DNA from: Patescibacteria group bacterium
GTDB lineage: Bacteria; Patescibacteriota; Microgenomatia; UBA10105; UBA927
Assembly: GCA_038064255.1 (NCBI GenBank)
Contig: JBBTTM010000013.1
Span: forward strand, 1 to 38,003
Reading direction: 5' to 3'
DNA length: 38,003 bases
In this document: piece after piece, positions 9,276 to 16,660 of the stretch
Numbering within the stretch: the stretch's first letter is position 1
Layout: each line of letters opens with the position of its first letter
Translations under genes and position numbers: made by a program
Notes under the pieces: generated by a model
What the model saw: the letters and a program-made list of their open reading frames with translations, nothing else
The model's database searches: none
What the model was told of the DNA's origin: nothing

Positions 9276-9806
9276 ATGAATATATTAATATCAGCGCACA
9301 TGGATCTTGCCAGGCCTGTGATGTCTATAAGAATGGATGGCAAAAGTCTTCTCGGATTGATAGATAATTTTGCAGGAGTTTTTGCTTCATATCAAGCATC
9401 CAGAAAAACAGGAATTCCGGTAGAATATACGAATTTTGAAGAATTAGAATTTGATGGCGCGGAATCCATCGCCAAAGGATTGGATAAAGAGACATTGGTT
9501 ATCGTCGTTGATACGACTACAGAGTCAAGTAACGGTAGGGAGGGATATATTGGTAATATCTATGGAATAAATACAGAAGAATTAATAAAAAAATTTGGCC
9601 ATCGGATTCGTATCAGTAAAAATTACTTTGAACCGACTGAAGATGAAACGATCATATATGGCAAAAAATATGGGTTCAAAACTTTTTACTATGGAATACC
9701 AATTAGACCAAATTACCACGATTCGAATAATAGCATAGCACTGGAGGAAATCGATAAGGCATCCAATGCATTAGTGGATATTATCAATTGGTATAAAGAG
9801 AAGTAA
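9276..9806 (+). CDS. Hypothetical 176-aa protein; possible minimal M42/M28-like metallopeptidase core
   Basis: The ordered motifs SAHMD, IDNFAG, NFEELEFDG, VVDTT and NYHDS resemble the H / D / EE / D / H dinuclear-metal ligand order of M42 aminopeptidases, but in half the usual length. Confidence 0.55.
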   Translation: MNILISAHMDLARPVMSIRMDGKSLLGLIDNFAGVFASYQASRKTGIPVEYTNFEELEFDGAESIAKGLDKETLVIVVDTTTESSNGREGYIGNIYGINTEELIKKFGHRIRISKNYFEPTEDETIIYGKKYGFKTFYYGIPIRPNYHDSNNSIALEEIDKASNALVDIINWYKEK

Positions 9807-9895
9807 AATTATCCAAGTATTTTTTCTAATCCAGTTTCAAAAAATTCTGTATTGGTCTATGCTGTTGAGTGGTTTTTGTGTGATATAGTTTTACT

Positions 9896-10738
9896 ATGCA
9901 TTGGATTATTTTTGCTATCTTTGGTGTAATTGCAATTACGGTAGCCAATCTTTTCCAGAAGATTGCGATGAAGGATGAAAAAAGCGATCCAGTTATATCA
10001 GCGATCTTTTTCCAGTTTATCCTTGGAATTGTCACAAGTTTATTCACCATTACGAAAGGGTTTTATCTTCCTGATATTTCGTTGATTCCGTACTTTCTTT
10101 GTAGTGGAGCTCTCTATGCGACAGGTTCAATCTGTTTTTTTCGCGCAATAAAATATATTGAAGCTTCGGAAATGACCATTCTTGGTGGTTCCTCAGTTTT
10201 AGTTACAATCTTCGCATCTATTGTATTTTTATCAGATAAGTTGACCTTGGTGCAGTTATTTGGGGCGGCGCTGATACTTTTAGCTGTTGTAATTATCTCG
10301 TGGAGGAAAAATGAAGTGAAAATTAGCACTGGTATGTGGCTTGCATTAGGTGGTGCGGTATCGTACGGGTTTGCTGTGGTATTTGATTCATACATAGTAA
10401 AAAGGTATAGTGCGGTTTCATTTTTGCCACTTGCATCTTTTATTCCCGGCACATTGCTTTTGATATTTTATTTTAATCGTTTTTCTGAAGTTATTAGGGC
10501 AGTTCCCAAGATTGACAAAAATTTAATCATTTACAGCATAATTTATTCATTGGCTGCGATTGCCTTTTATCAGGGTCTCGAAAATGGAGCGCTAGTCGGC
10601 CAGATGAGCGCAGTATGGCGCGCGTCCGTCGTCTTGACCGTAATTTTTGCTAGTGTATTTCTTCATGAATCTAAGCATATCGGGCAAAAAATTGTCGGTG
10701 CTATACTCGCTACCATCGGTGTACTTCTGGTAACGTAG
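9896..10738 (+). CDS. EamA/DMT-family transporter (10 TM)
   Basis: 280 aa, two homologous 5-TM halves, and a typical EamA N-terminus (ANLFQKIAM). Confidence 0.9.
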   Translation: MHWIIFAIFGVIAITVANLFQKIAMKDEKSDPVISAIFFQFILGIVTSLFTITKGFYLPDISLIPYFLCSGALYATGSICFFRAIKYIEASEMTILGGSSVLVTIFASIVFLSDKLTLVQLFGAALILLAVVIISWRKNEVKISTGMWLALGGAVSYGFAVVFDSYIVKRYSAVSFLPLASFIPGTLLLIFYFNRFSEVIRAVPKIDKNLIIYSIIYSLAAIAFYQGLENGALVGQMSAVWRASVVLTVIFASVFLHESKHIGQKIVGAILATIGVLLVT

Positions 10739-10761
10739 TTTCCAAAAAATTGCACAAAAAA

Positions 10762-10800
10762 ATCCTGTTCAGAATATGAGTGTTTCTGACAGGATGTTTT
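10762..10800. terminator. Putative bidirectional intrinsic terminator between eamA (+) and a small minus-strand ORF
   Basis: Stem atcctgttcagaa / ttctgacaggat (12 bp with one bulge), a 9-nt loop, an A-run upstream (10755-10762) and gtttt downstream. Confidence 0.5.
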
Positions 10801-10804
10801 GAGT

Positions 10805-10957
10805 TTACTTTTTGAAGACCTTTGAAGATTTCTCTTCTGAAGAAGTATTCATCTGAGCTGTTGGGTATCTGCGATCAAGCATCTTCCAAAGCTCGTGTAA
10901 TGTTACGCGTCTGGAAAAAGAGATGTCTCTATCTCCCCGCGTTTGTGGTGTATACAT
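10805..10957 (-). CDS. Small hypothetical protein, 50 aa (MYTPQTRGDRDISFSRRVTLHELWKMLDRRYPTAQMNTSSEEKSSKVFKK); too short for the ORF track
   Basis: Strong SD GGAGGTGA 5 nt before the ATG on the minus strand. TATAAT-like box about 75 nt upstream. Ends next to the terminator hairpin. Confidence 0.5.
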   Translation of the reverse strand: MYTPQTRGDRDISFSRRVTLHELWKMLDRRYPTAQMNTSSEEKSSKVFKK

Positions 10958-11096
10958 GTGTATCACCTCCTTTTCTATTAAATTTCAATATATGTAAATG
11001 TGCAAGTTCTTACATGAAGTATACAATATTTATATTATAGCGACAATCGATCAGTCCATGATATGCTTTCTATTGAGGCCATATAGGAAAGTGAAT

Positions 11097-11194
11097 TGTC
11101 ATCCCCGACCCGCTTCGCCGAAGCGTCAGCGAGGCGAGCCTGATCGGGGATCCAGTAATTTTTTGCCTGGATTCCCGCTTTCGCGGGAATGACA
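11097..11194. repeat. GC-rich MITE/REP-like palindromic element with terminal inverted repeats TGTCAT(C/T)CCCG
   Basis: Module A: ATCCCCGA (11101-11108) pairs with TCGGGGAT (11144-11151), with the inner palindrome CGCTTCGcCGAAGCG. Module B, inverted: ATTCCCGC tttc GCGGGAAT (11171-11190). The element ends are tgtcat and atgaca. Confidence 0.65.
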
Positions 11195-11219
11195 GTTGGA
11201 AATATTTGCCGTTATTTAA

Positions 11220-11882
11220 ATGCAGTTCACACATCGACGATTACTTGTATATATTGCTCTTTTCTTTCTCGTGTCTATAGGAGTAGTATTTCATGTATTT
11301 ACACGAGTTGATCTCATGGTTCTTTCCTGGATTCAGTCTTCTGTTCCCGATTCACTAGATCGCCTGCTTTCTGTCTTTAGTCTCATTGGAAGTTTTGAAG
11401 TACTAACGTTTTTTCTATTTATATTTCTTTTTCCGAAAGACAGGGCGTTATTTTTTCGTGTCTTTGCAGTGTATCTTATGGGCCTTGGTATTGAAATATT
11501 TATGAAATATTTTTTTGTTCACGTAGGACCTCCCAGAATATTTCATCGGTATGATCTTCCGTTTTTGTTTCCGACTTCATCGTTTCACCCCGGATACTCG
11601 TTTCCTTCGGGGCACAGCTATAGAAGTGTATTTGTCGTGTATATTCTATTGTCTAAGCTCAATCTTTTTAAGTTGGATAAGCCGATCAACACGCTTATTC
11701 GTATCAAAGCAATCCTGTTTATCGTACTTATGCTCGTTTCACGTATCAGTCTTGGGGAACATTGGCCAAGTGATGTTGTCGGCGGAGCGCTTCTTGGAGT
11801 TGTTGCGGCTGAGGCGTCACTTGTTTCCGAGAATCACGTGTTTTTTCGAGGACAGAAGAAACGACAGAAGAAAAAAGAGTAG
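11220..11882 (+). CDS. PAP2-family phosphatase (BcrC/PgpB-like lipid phosphate phosphatase)
   Basis: Multi-TM protein with the PAP2 motifs FPSGHS and SRISLGEHWPSDV. Confidence 0.85.
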   Translation: MQFTHRRLLVYIALFFLVSIGVVFHVFTRVDLMVLSWIQSSVPDSLDRLLSVFSLIGSFEVLTFFLFIFLFPKDRALFFRVFAVYLMGLGIEIFMKYFFVHVGPPRIFHRYDLPFLFPTSSFHPGYSFPSGHSYRSVFVVYILLSKLNLFKLDKPINTLIRIKAILFIVLMLVSRISLGEHWPSDVVGGALLGVVAAEASLVSENHVFFRGQKKRQKKKE

Positions 11883-12638
11883 CGAAACCAGTACGACCGT
11901 GCTTCCGGCTGGGATATTTACAGAGAAAGAAAGTATTAACCCTAAAAACATAGATGCTATTCCAAACATCATGGCATATGCAATCGTCTGCTTGAAGCTT
12001 GCGGCAAGAAGCTCGCTTGAAACCACCGGTATTACCATGAGCGCGCCTACGAGAAGCGCCCCTACTAGCCGAAACGATATGGATACGGCTAGAGCGGTGA
12101 GAACCATAAGGAGGGTATTGAGAAATGTCGTTTGAATTCCGCTTGCTTTAGCTGTTTCTTCATCATATGCGGCAAAAAGCAGTTTATCGTATACGGATGC
12201 TATGGTTATGATTGAAAAAATTGCCAGAGCGACAATGAATAATGCATCGTTTAAAGAAACCGTTGTTACACTTCCGAACAGATAGCTTGTGATTCCGGCT
12301 CCGGGGTTTCTTGCAAGGGACAGGAGGACGACAGAGACGGCAAGTCCTCCGGGAAGAAACATAGCAAGCACGGCGTCGCCCTGGAGTCCCCGCTTCTGCC
12401 GCAAAAATTCTATGAGTAACGAAACTCCAATGCACAGAAGTATGGTTACATAGAGTGGTTCTGTTTTTGTGATGAGCGCTACGGCAATACCCGCAAGCGC
12501 AACGTGCGAGAGCGTATCGGCGATGAGGGCGTATCGTTTTAGGACAAGAAACGATCCGATTAAAGGCGCTACGAGTGCTATCGCCCCGCCCGCGATAAAT
12601 GCGGTTTGCATGAACGGATAAGAAAATATTTCCATCAT
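11817..12638 (-). CDS. Metal (Zn/Mn) ABC transporter permease, ABC-3 family
   Basis: 273 aa and polytopic. Forms an operon with the ATPase and the cluster-9 binding protein. Confidence 0.9.
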   Translation of the reverse strand: MMEIFSYPFMQTAFIAGGAIALVAPLIGSFLVLKRYALIADTLSHVALAGIAVALITKTEPLYVTILLCIGVSLLIEFLRQKRGLQGDAVLAMFLPGGLAVSVVLLSLARNPGAGITSYLFGSVTTVSLNDALFIVALAIFSIITIASVYDKLLFAAYDEETAKASGIQTTFLNTLLMVLTALAVSISFRLVGALLVGALMVIPVVSSELLAASFKQTIAYAMMFGIASMFLGLILSFSVNIPAGSTVVLVSLLFFLLSFLLSSKKHVILGNK

Positions 12639-12641
12639 ATG

Positions 12642-13397
12642 TTAATGATCATGTACGAGTTTTTTTGTGTATTTTCCATAGGTGGACTCCATCATGAGCT
12701 TTTTATTTAAGGATTTTGTTGGTTCATGGTAGGTAAGTGCTTTATTTATGCACGCTAAGGTGCTCACTTCTTCTGTGATCGCATCGGTATCATGAGATAC
12801 GAGGAGTATAGTTATTTTTTTTGTTGTATTGAGGGATTTTAATAGTGTATAAAAATCGTGTTTCGATTTCTGGTCTACGCCGACCGTCGGCTCGTCGAGT
12901 ATCAGAATCGACGGATTGCCGACGAGCGCGCGGGCTATGAGAACACGTTGTTTTTGTCCACCGGAGAGATCAGACATTTTTTCTTCTATGTGAGTCTCCA
13001 TGCCGGTGTCTTCTAATGCTTTATGTATAGCTTTTTCGTCGTGATGATGAAAAGAGAAAAGGGAAGACTTTACGGCTAAACCCATGTCAACAATCTCGCG
13101 GACCGTAAAGGGAAATGATCCATTTTGAGATTCTGATCGCTGGGGGACATATCCGATTTTTTTCTGGGTAGATTGAGTTAATAGTTTTTCACCAAATATT
13201 TCTATGGATCCGGAGTCTGGAGTCAGTAATCCCAGGATACATTTTATGAGTGTGCTTTTTCCTCCACCGTTTGGGCCTATGATGCCGATAAATTCACCGG
13301 ACTGTATGGTGAGCGTGATGTGTTCCAGTATGGGAACAGTTCCGTACGAAAAAGATACATCCACGAGCGATATGCACGGTGAGCTTACTGTTGGCAT
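12642..13397 (-). CDS. Metal (Zn/Mn) ABC transporter ATP-binding protein
   Basis: Walker A GPNGGGKST, signature LSGGQKQR, Walker B ILILDEP. Confidence 0.9.
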   Translation of the reverse strand: MPTVSSPCISLVDVSFSYGTVPILEHITLTIQSGEFIGIIGPNGGGKSTLIKCILGLLTPDSGSIEIFGEKLLTQSTQKKIGYVPQRSESQNGSFPFTVREIVDMGLAVKSSLFSFHHHDEKAIHKALEDTGMETHIEEKMSDLSGGQKQRVLIARALVGNPSILILDEPTVGVDQKSKHDFYTLLKSLNTTKKITILLVSHDTDAITEEVSTLACINKALTYHEPTKSLNKKLMMESTYGKYTKKLVHDH

Positions 13398-14275
13398 ACA
13401 AACGCGAGCTTAAGATTTTTTATATTTTCATTCTGGATATCGATATATGTTTTATTTTGTTTCATCTCTTCAGGAGTGAGTCCCTCGATCGGATTAAACA
13501 TCATGGCTTTGGTTTTAGTCTCGCGGGTTACGGTTTGAGCTATGGCATTTGACCCAAGTGTCTCATAAAAAATGTACCTGATCTGTTTTTCTCTGACAAG
13601 AGATGAGATCTCTGCCAATTTCTGTGCTGATGGTTCGTCTTCCGGTGAAAGTCCGGCGATTGGGTATACCGTGAAACCATACCGTTTCGCCAGATAATGA
13701 AACGCATTATGCGTCGTTACGATATCCTTCATAGGGCATTTCGAGAGTGACTGATACTCACGATCAAGAATTTTTAATTTTTCTATGTACGCGTTTGCAT
13801 TCGCTTCATATTCTTTTTTATGTGCTGAATCTAAATCAATGAGAGAGTTTTTTATTGCAGTGACAATATCTATCGCGATGACAGGGTCGAGCCAGATGTG
13901 GGGGTCGTTCTTATCAAGAGTGGTTACTGAGCTTGCTTCCAGTATCGATGGTTTTTTTAACTGAAGATTTACGGTTATTCTTGAAGCCCATGGTTCGAGG
14001 AAGGAGGACATATAAAGGAAAAGATTGCTTTTGGATATTGTAAGGATGTCTTGCGGCGTTGGTTCATATTCATGAGGTTCAACCCCGGATGGGGTTATGA
14101 GCGTTGAAGTGACATGTGATCCACCCGCCTCTCGTGCGAATTCATACAGAGGGTAGATGGAGGAGACGACGACGAGAGATGTATTTGTCTCTTGAGTTTT
14201 ATTGACAGGCACGAAACGCGATATACCAAATACAAGAAAAGTCACAAGGAAGAGGATAAACAATACTCGAGTCAT
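13385..14275 (-). CDS. Metal (Zn/Mn) ABC transporter substrate-binding protein (ZnuA/TroA-like)
   Basis: N-terminal signal/anchor, NDPHIWLDP motif, operon context. No His-rich loop is visible. Confidence 0.85.
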   Translation of the reverse strand: MTRVLFILFLVTFLVFGISRFVPVNKTQETNTSLVVVSSIYPLYEFAREAGGSHVTSTLITPSGVEPHEYEPTPQDILTISKSNLFLYMSSFLEPWASRITVNLQLKKPSILEASSVTTLDKNDPHIWLDPVIAIDIVTAIKNSLIDLDSAHKKEYEANANAYIEKLKILDREYQSLSKCPMKDIVTTHNAFHYLAKRYGFTVYPIAGLSPEDEPSAQKLAEISSLVREKQIRYIFYETLGSNAIAQTVTRETKTKAMMFNPIEGLTPEEMKQNKTYIDIQNENIKNLKLAFVCQQ

Positions 14276-14352
14276 GGAAATACTATATGCAAACGACTTG
14301 CATTTGTCAAGATATATGTCATCGTGATCCCGTCGTGGCCGGGAGTGGCGAT

Positions 14353-14985
14353 CTATTTCGCTTTTTCAACTATCTCTACAGAAGTCACAGTGACGGGTGT
14401 CACAGGAGTAGAAGATTCGCCGTTTGCCGATTGTTTCGTCGGAGCTGTCGCTATAGCGTCTACTACTTCAATTCCTTTTGTGACCGTGCCGAATATCACA
14501 TAGTTTTTAGGAAGTTTCGTATCGTTATGGATTATGAAAAATTGGCTTCCGTTTGTATCCGGTCCTCTGTTTGCCATAGCCAGAGTGCCGCGTGTATATT
14601 CTCCTTCAAATAGTTCATCGTTAAACTGATATCCGGGTCCGCCTGATCCATTTCCATCGGGATCTCCACCCTGAATCATGAAATCTTTTATTATTCTATG
14701 AAATATGGTGTTGTCATAGAATTTTTTCCGGGATAAAGCGACAAAATTATTTACCGTAACGGGCATTTTGTCCGCATATAGAGATACTGTTATGTCTCCC
14801 GCGGTTGTGCGAAGTAGAGCGGCATATGTTTTATCTTTTGAAAGTTCCATAGCTGGTGGTGGTGTTTTGTTTTCTACGGTTTCAGTTTTTTTCTCCGGTT
14901 TACTCGCAGGAAAAGTAAATTTTAGTCCGGATAGCACTATGACAAGTACAACAAGGATTCCCCCATAGACGAAATATTTACCCAT
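14353..14985 (-). CDS. Cyclophilin-type peptidyl-prolyl cis-trans isomerase with an N-terminal membrane anchor
   Basis: FHRIIKDFMIQGGDP, MANRGPDTNGSQFFI, and the N-terminal TM YGGILVVLVIVLSGL. Confidence 0.9.
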   Translation of the reverse strand: MGKYFVYGGILVVLVIVLSGLKFTFPASKPEKKTETVENKTPPPAMELSKDKTYAALLRTTAGDITVSLYADKMPVTVNNFVALSRKKFYDNTIFHRIIKDFMIQGGDPDGNGSGGPGYQFNDELFEGEYTRGTLAMANRGPDTNGSQFFIIHNDTKLPKNYVIFGTVTKGIEVVDAIATAPTKQSANGESSTPVTPVTVTSVEIVEKAK

Positions 14986-14990
14986 GACCC

Positions 14991-15791
14991 TTATCCTACC
15001 AAAAAGAGATACGATACGGCAATAAGTATTCTATATACCCCAAATCCAAAAAAAGATGAATGCTTTATATATGAGAGAAAACCTCTGATTGTCACAAGAG
15101 CAGTGACAAAGGACACCACCATTCCGATTCCAATGAGCATCCATTCAGAAGAAGAAAATGAAAAGCCGGTTTTTAGTAGATCAAGTCCGGTTGCAGCTAG
15201 CATGGTCGGAAGCGCCAGAAGAAATGAGTATTCTACTGCTTCTACTTTTGACATGCCGACACCCATTGCTCCGATTATGGTTGCCGCAGCTCTCGAGACG
15301 CCGGGTATGACAGAGAGAGATTGGCAAAGTCCTATAATGATTGCTTTTATGGGAGTAAGCGTCGTTAATTTGTTCGTATCTGGTTTTGGTTTTATGATTT
15401 TGTCGATAAAAAGAAGTACTATGCCGCCCAGAAACAATGCCGCAACAGCGACATACGGATTTCCGAGTAGAAATTGTTTTATGACTTTATAGAGTACGAG
15501 TCCGACGATGGCGGTGGGAATAAATGAAAAGAGGAGAGGTTTTATAATTTCCGGATGTGCAATAAATTTTTTCACATAGAGGAAAAATACTGCTCCGATT
15601 GCACCGAGTTGGATGATAATTTCAAAACTTTTTGTAAATTCCGTGGGCGTGATGCCAAGTATTTTTGATGCAAGGATCATATGTCCTGTGGAGGAAATGG
15701 GAAGAAATTCAGTTATTCCCTCTATAATAGACAGAATTATGGTTTGGATGAGCGTCATATAATGAATCATTGTATCTAAAACGGAAAGCAT
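14991..15791 (-). CDS. uppP: Undecaprenyl-diphosphate phosphatase (BacA/UppP)
   Basis: EGITEFLPISSTGH and IPGVSRAAAT motifs in an 8-TM protein. The true start may be an internal Met (MTLIQTI). Confidence 0.9.
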   Translation of the reverse strand: MLSVLDTMIHYMTLIQTIILSIIEGITEFLPISSTGHMILASKILGITPTEFTKSFEIIIQLGAIGAVFFLYVKKFIAHPEIIKPLLFSFIPTAIVGLVLYKVIKQFLLGNPYVAVAALFLGGIVLLFIDKIIKPKPDTNKLTTLTPIKAIIIGLCQSLSVIPGVSRAAATIIGAMGVGMSKVEAVEYSFLLALPTMLAATGLDLLKTGFSFSSSEWMLIGIGMVVSFVTALVTIRGFLSYIKHSSFFGFGVYRILIAVSYLFLVG

Positions 15792-16028
15792 GCGTCAAAG
15801 ACCAGATTTAGTAGTACTTTTTATAGACGCGGGACGGAGTACTTCAAAAATAGCAAATAAAAATCATTATCGGTTATTGTAAGATACCTCACAATGTAGG
15901 CACGGCCCTCTTTACTTCTGTGATTCATCTGATCTAACCTTATATTATACCTGTATTTATATTTTTGTGTTCATTTTGTAAAAACACTATAGGTTTGTGA
16001 AACCTATCCGAAGGGAGGTGAAATATAT

Positions 16029-16592
16029 ATGAAACGAATACTTTTTGCTCTCGCGGCACTTTCAATTGCAGTCGGCACAGGTTTTGCTACGACGCGAGCA
16101 GTCTGGACAGACACAGTAACGGTTGCTTCTAATCAGGTGGTTACCGGCACGACGGATTTGCAGGTCAGTACAGATAACGCAGTTACGTGGAGTACGACAT
16201 CCATGTCATCAGCGTTTAATCTTATCGGGATAATTCCTGGTCCAGTCAGTCCTGGTACGTATGCATTTTCTCTAAAGAATCTTTCTTCAAGTCCATTGAA
16301 TTTTACTTTAGGGGGAAGGATTACTCCTGCTACTGTCATTGCCGGATCACCGGATAAAACAAAACTTTTGATTCAGATTTATGACATAGATACTCCAGCA
16401 GATGCTACAGCATGGAAGACATTAGCTGAATGGGAAGCGGCCAGCGCAGGCGGGATAATTTTTAACTCAACATTAAATAATGGAGTAACAAAGCGGTACG
16501 GAATAAAGGTTCAGCTTGACGGAACGGCAGATAATACGTGGCAAGGAAAAACGGTAACATTTTCTATTGAAGCCATGGGAACACAGATATAA
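16029..16592 (+). CDS. Secreted TasA/camelysin-like protein with a SipW-cognate-type signal peptide
   Basis: GGGAGGTGA SD. Signal MKRILFALAALSIAVGTGFATTRAVWTD followed by ASNQVVTGTTDL (compare B. subtilis TasA ...GGGTWAAFND...FASGTLDL). C-terminal ADNTWQGKTVTFSIEAMGTQ resembles the GNxYQGK...F motif of the family. Confidence 0.65.
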   Translation: MKRILFALAALSIAVGTGFATTRAVWTDTVTVASNQVVTGTTDLQVSTDNAVTWSTTSMSSAFNLIGIIPGPVSPGTYAFSLKNLSSSPLNFTLGGRITPATVIAGSPDKTKLLIQIYDIDTPADATAWKTLAEWEAASAGGIIFNSTLNNGVTKRYGIKVQLDGTADNTWQGKTVTFSIEAMGTQI

Positions 16593-16659
16593 GTTTTTGG
16601 TTTTTTGGGGTCACGGCTTCCCGTTGGGTTGTCGTGGCTTCCTCTTGAGCCAAAAACTT
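16591..16659 (+). promoter_or_regulatory. Perfect 10-bp inverted repeat (aagtttttgg / ccaaaaactt) spanning the whole gap between the TasA-like gene and the peptidase-fusion gene
   Basis: The arms at 16591-16600 and 16650-16659 are read directly. The 49-nt loop contains the direct repeats cacggcttcc and cgtggcttcc. The right arm ends 1 nt before the ATG at 16661. Confidence 0.45.
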
Positions 16660-16660
16660 T

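Noticed and set aside
10998-11192. 64-aa ORF ending ...GEPDRGSSNFLPGFPLSRE; also the 10822-11040 plus-strand ORF.
   Set aside because: The first is a read-through of the GC-rich palindromic element, and such peptides are classic repeat artefacts. The second is antisense to the small minus-strand ORF, which has a strong SD.
8533-11200. Whether the stretch downstream of the tRNA is a genomic island integrated at tRNA-Gln.
   Set aside because: There is no integrase and no third copy of the att-like 20-mer in the window, and the repeats bracket only 81 bp. I kept only the narrower observation of the repeat itself.
11817-11882. 66-nt convergent overlap between the 3' ends of the PAP2 gene and the ABC permease gene; also a 26-nt overlap at 34830-34855.
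   Set aside because: Both frames are open and the tails are low-complexity (KKRQKKKE; SSKKHVILGNK). Convergent overlaps are common in compact genomes, and I see no evidence of a special function.
11551-12135. 194-aa plus-strand ORF overlapping the PAP2 3' half and the antisense strand of the ABC permease.
   Set aside because: It is out of frame with the motif-bearing PAP2 frame and antisense to a well-supported permease. It has no motifs of its own.
14287-14303. Inverted repeat ATGCAA-acgac-TTGCAT upstream of the metal-binding-protein gene, considered as a Zur/MntR box.
   Set aside because: The arms are only 6 bp, and it does not resemble the Zur or MntR consensus sequences I know. It could equally be chance in AT-rich DNA.
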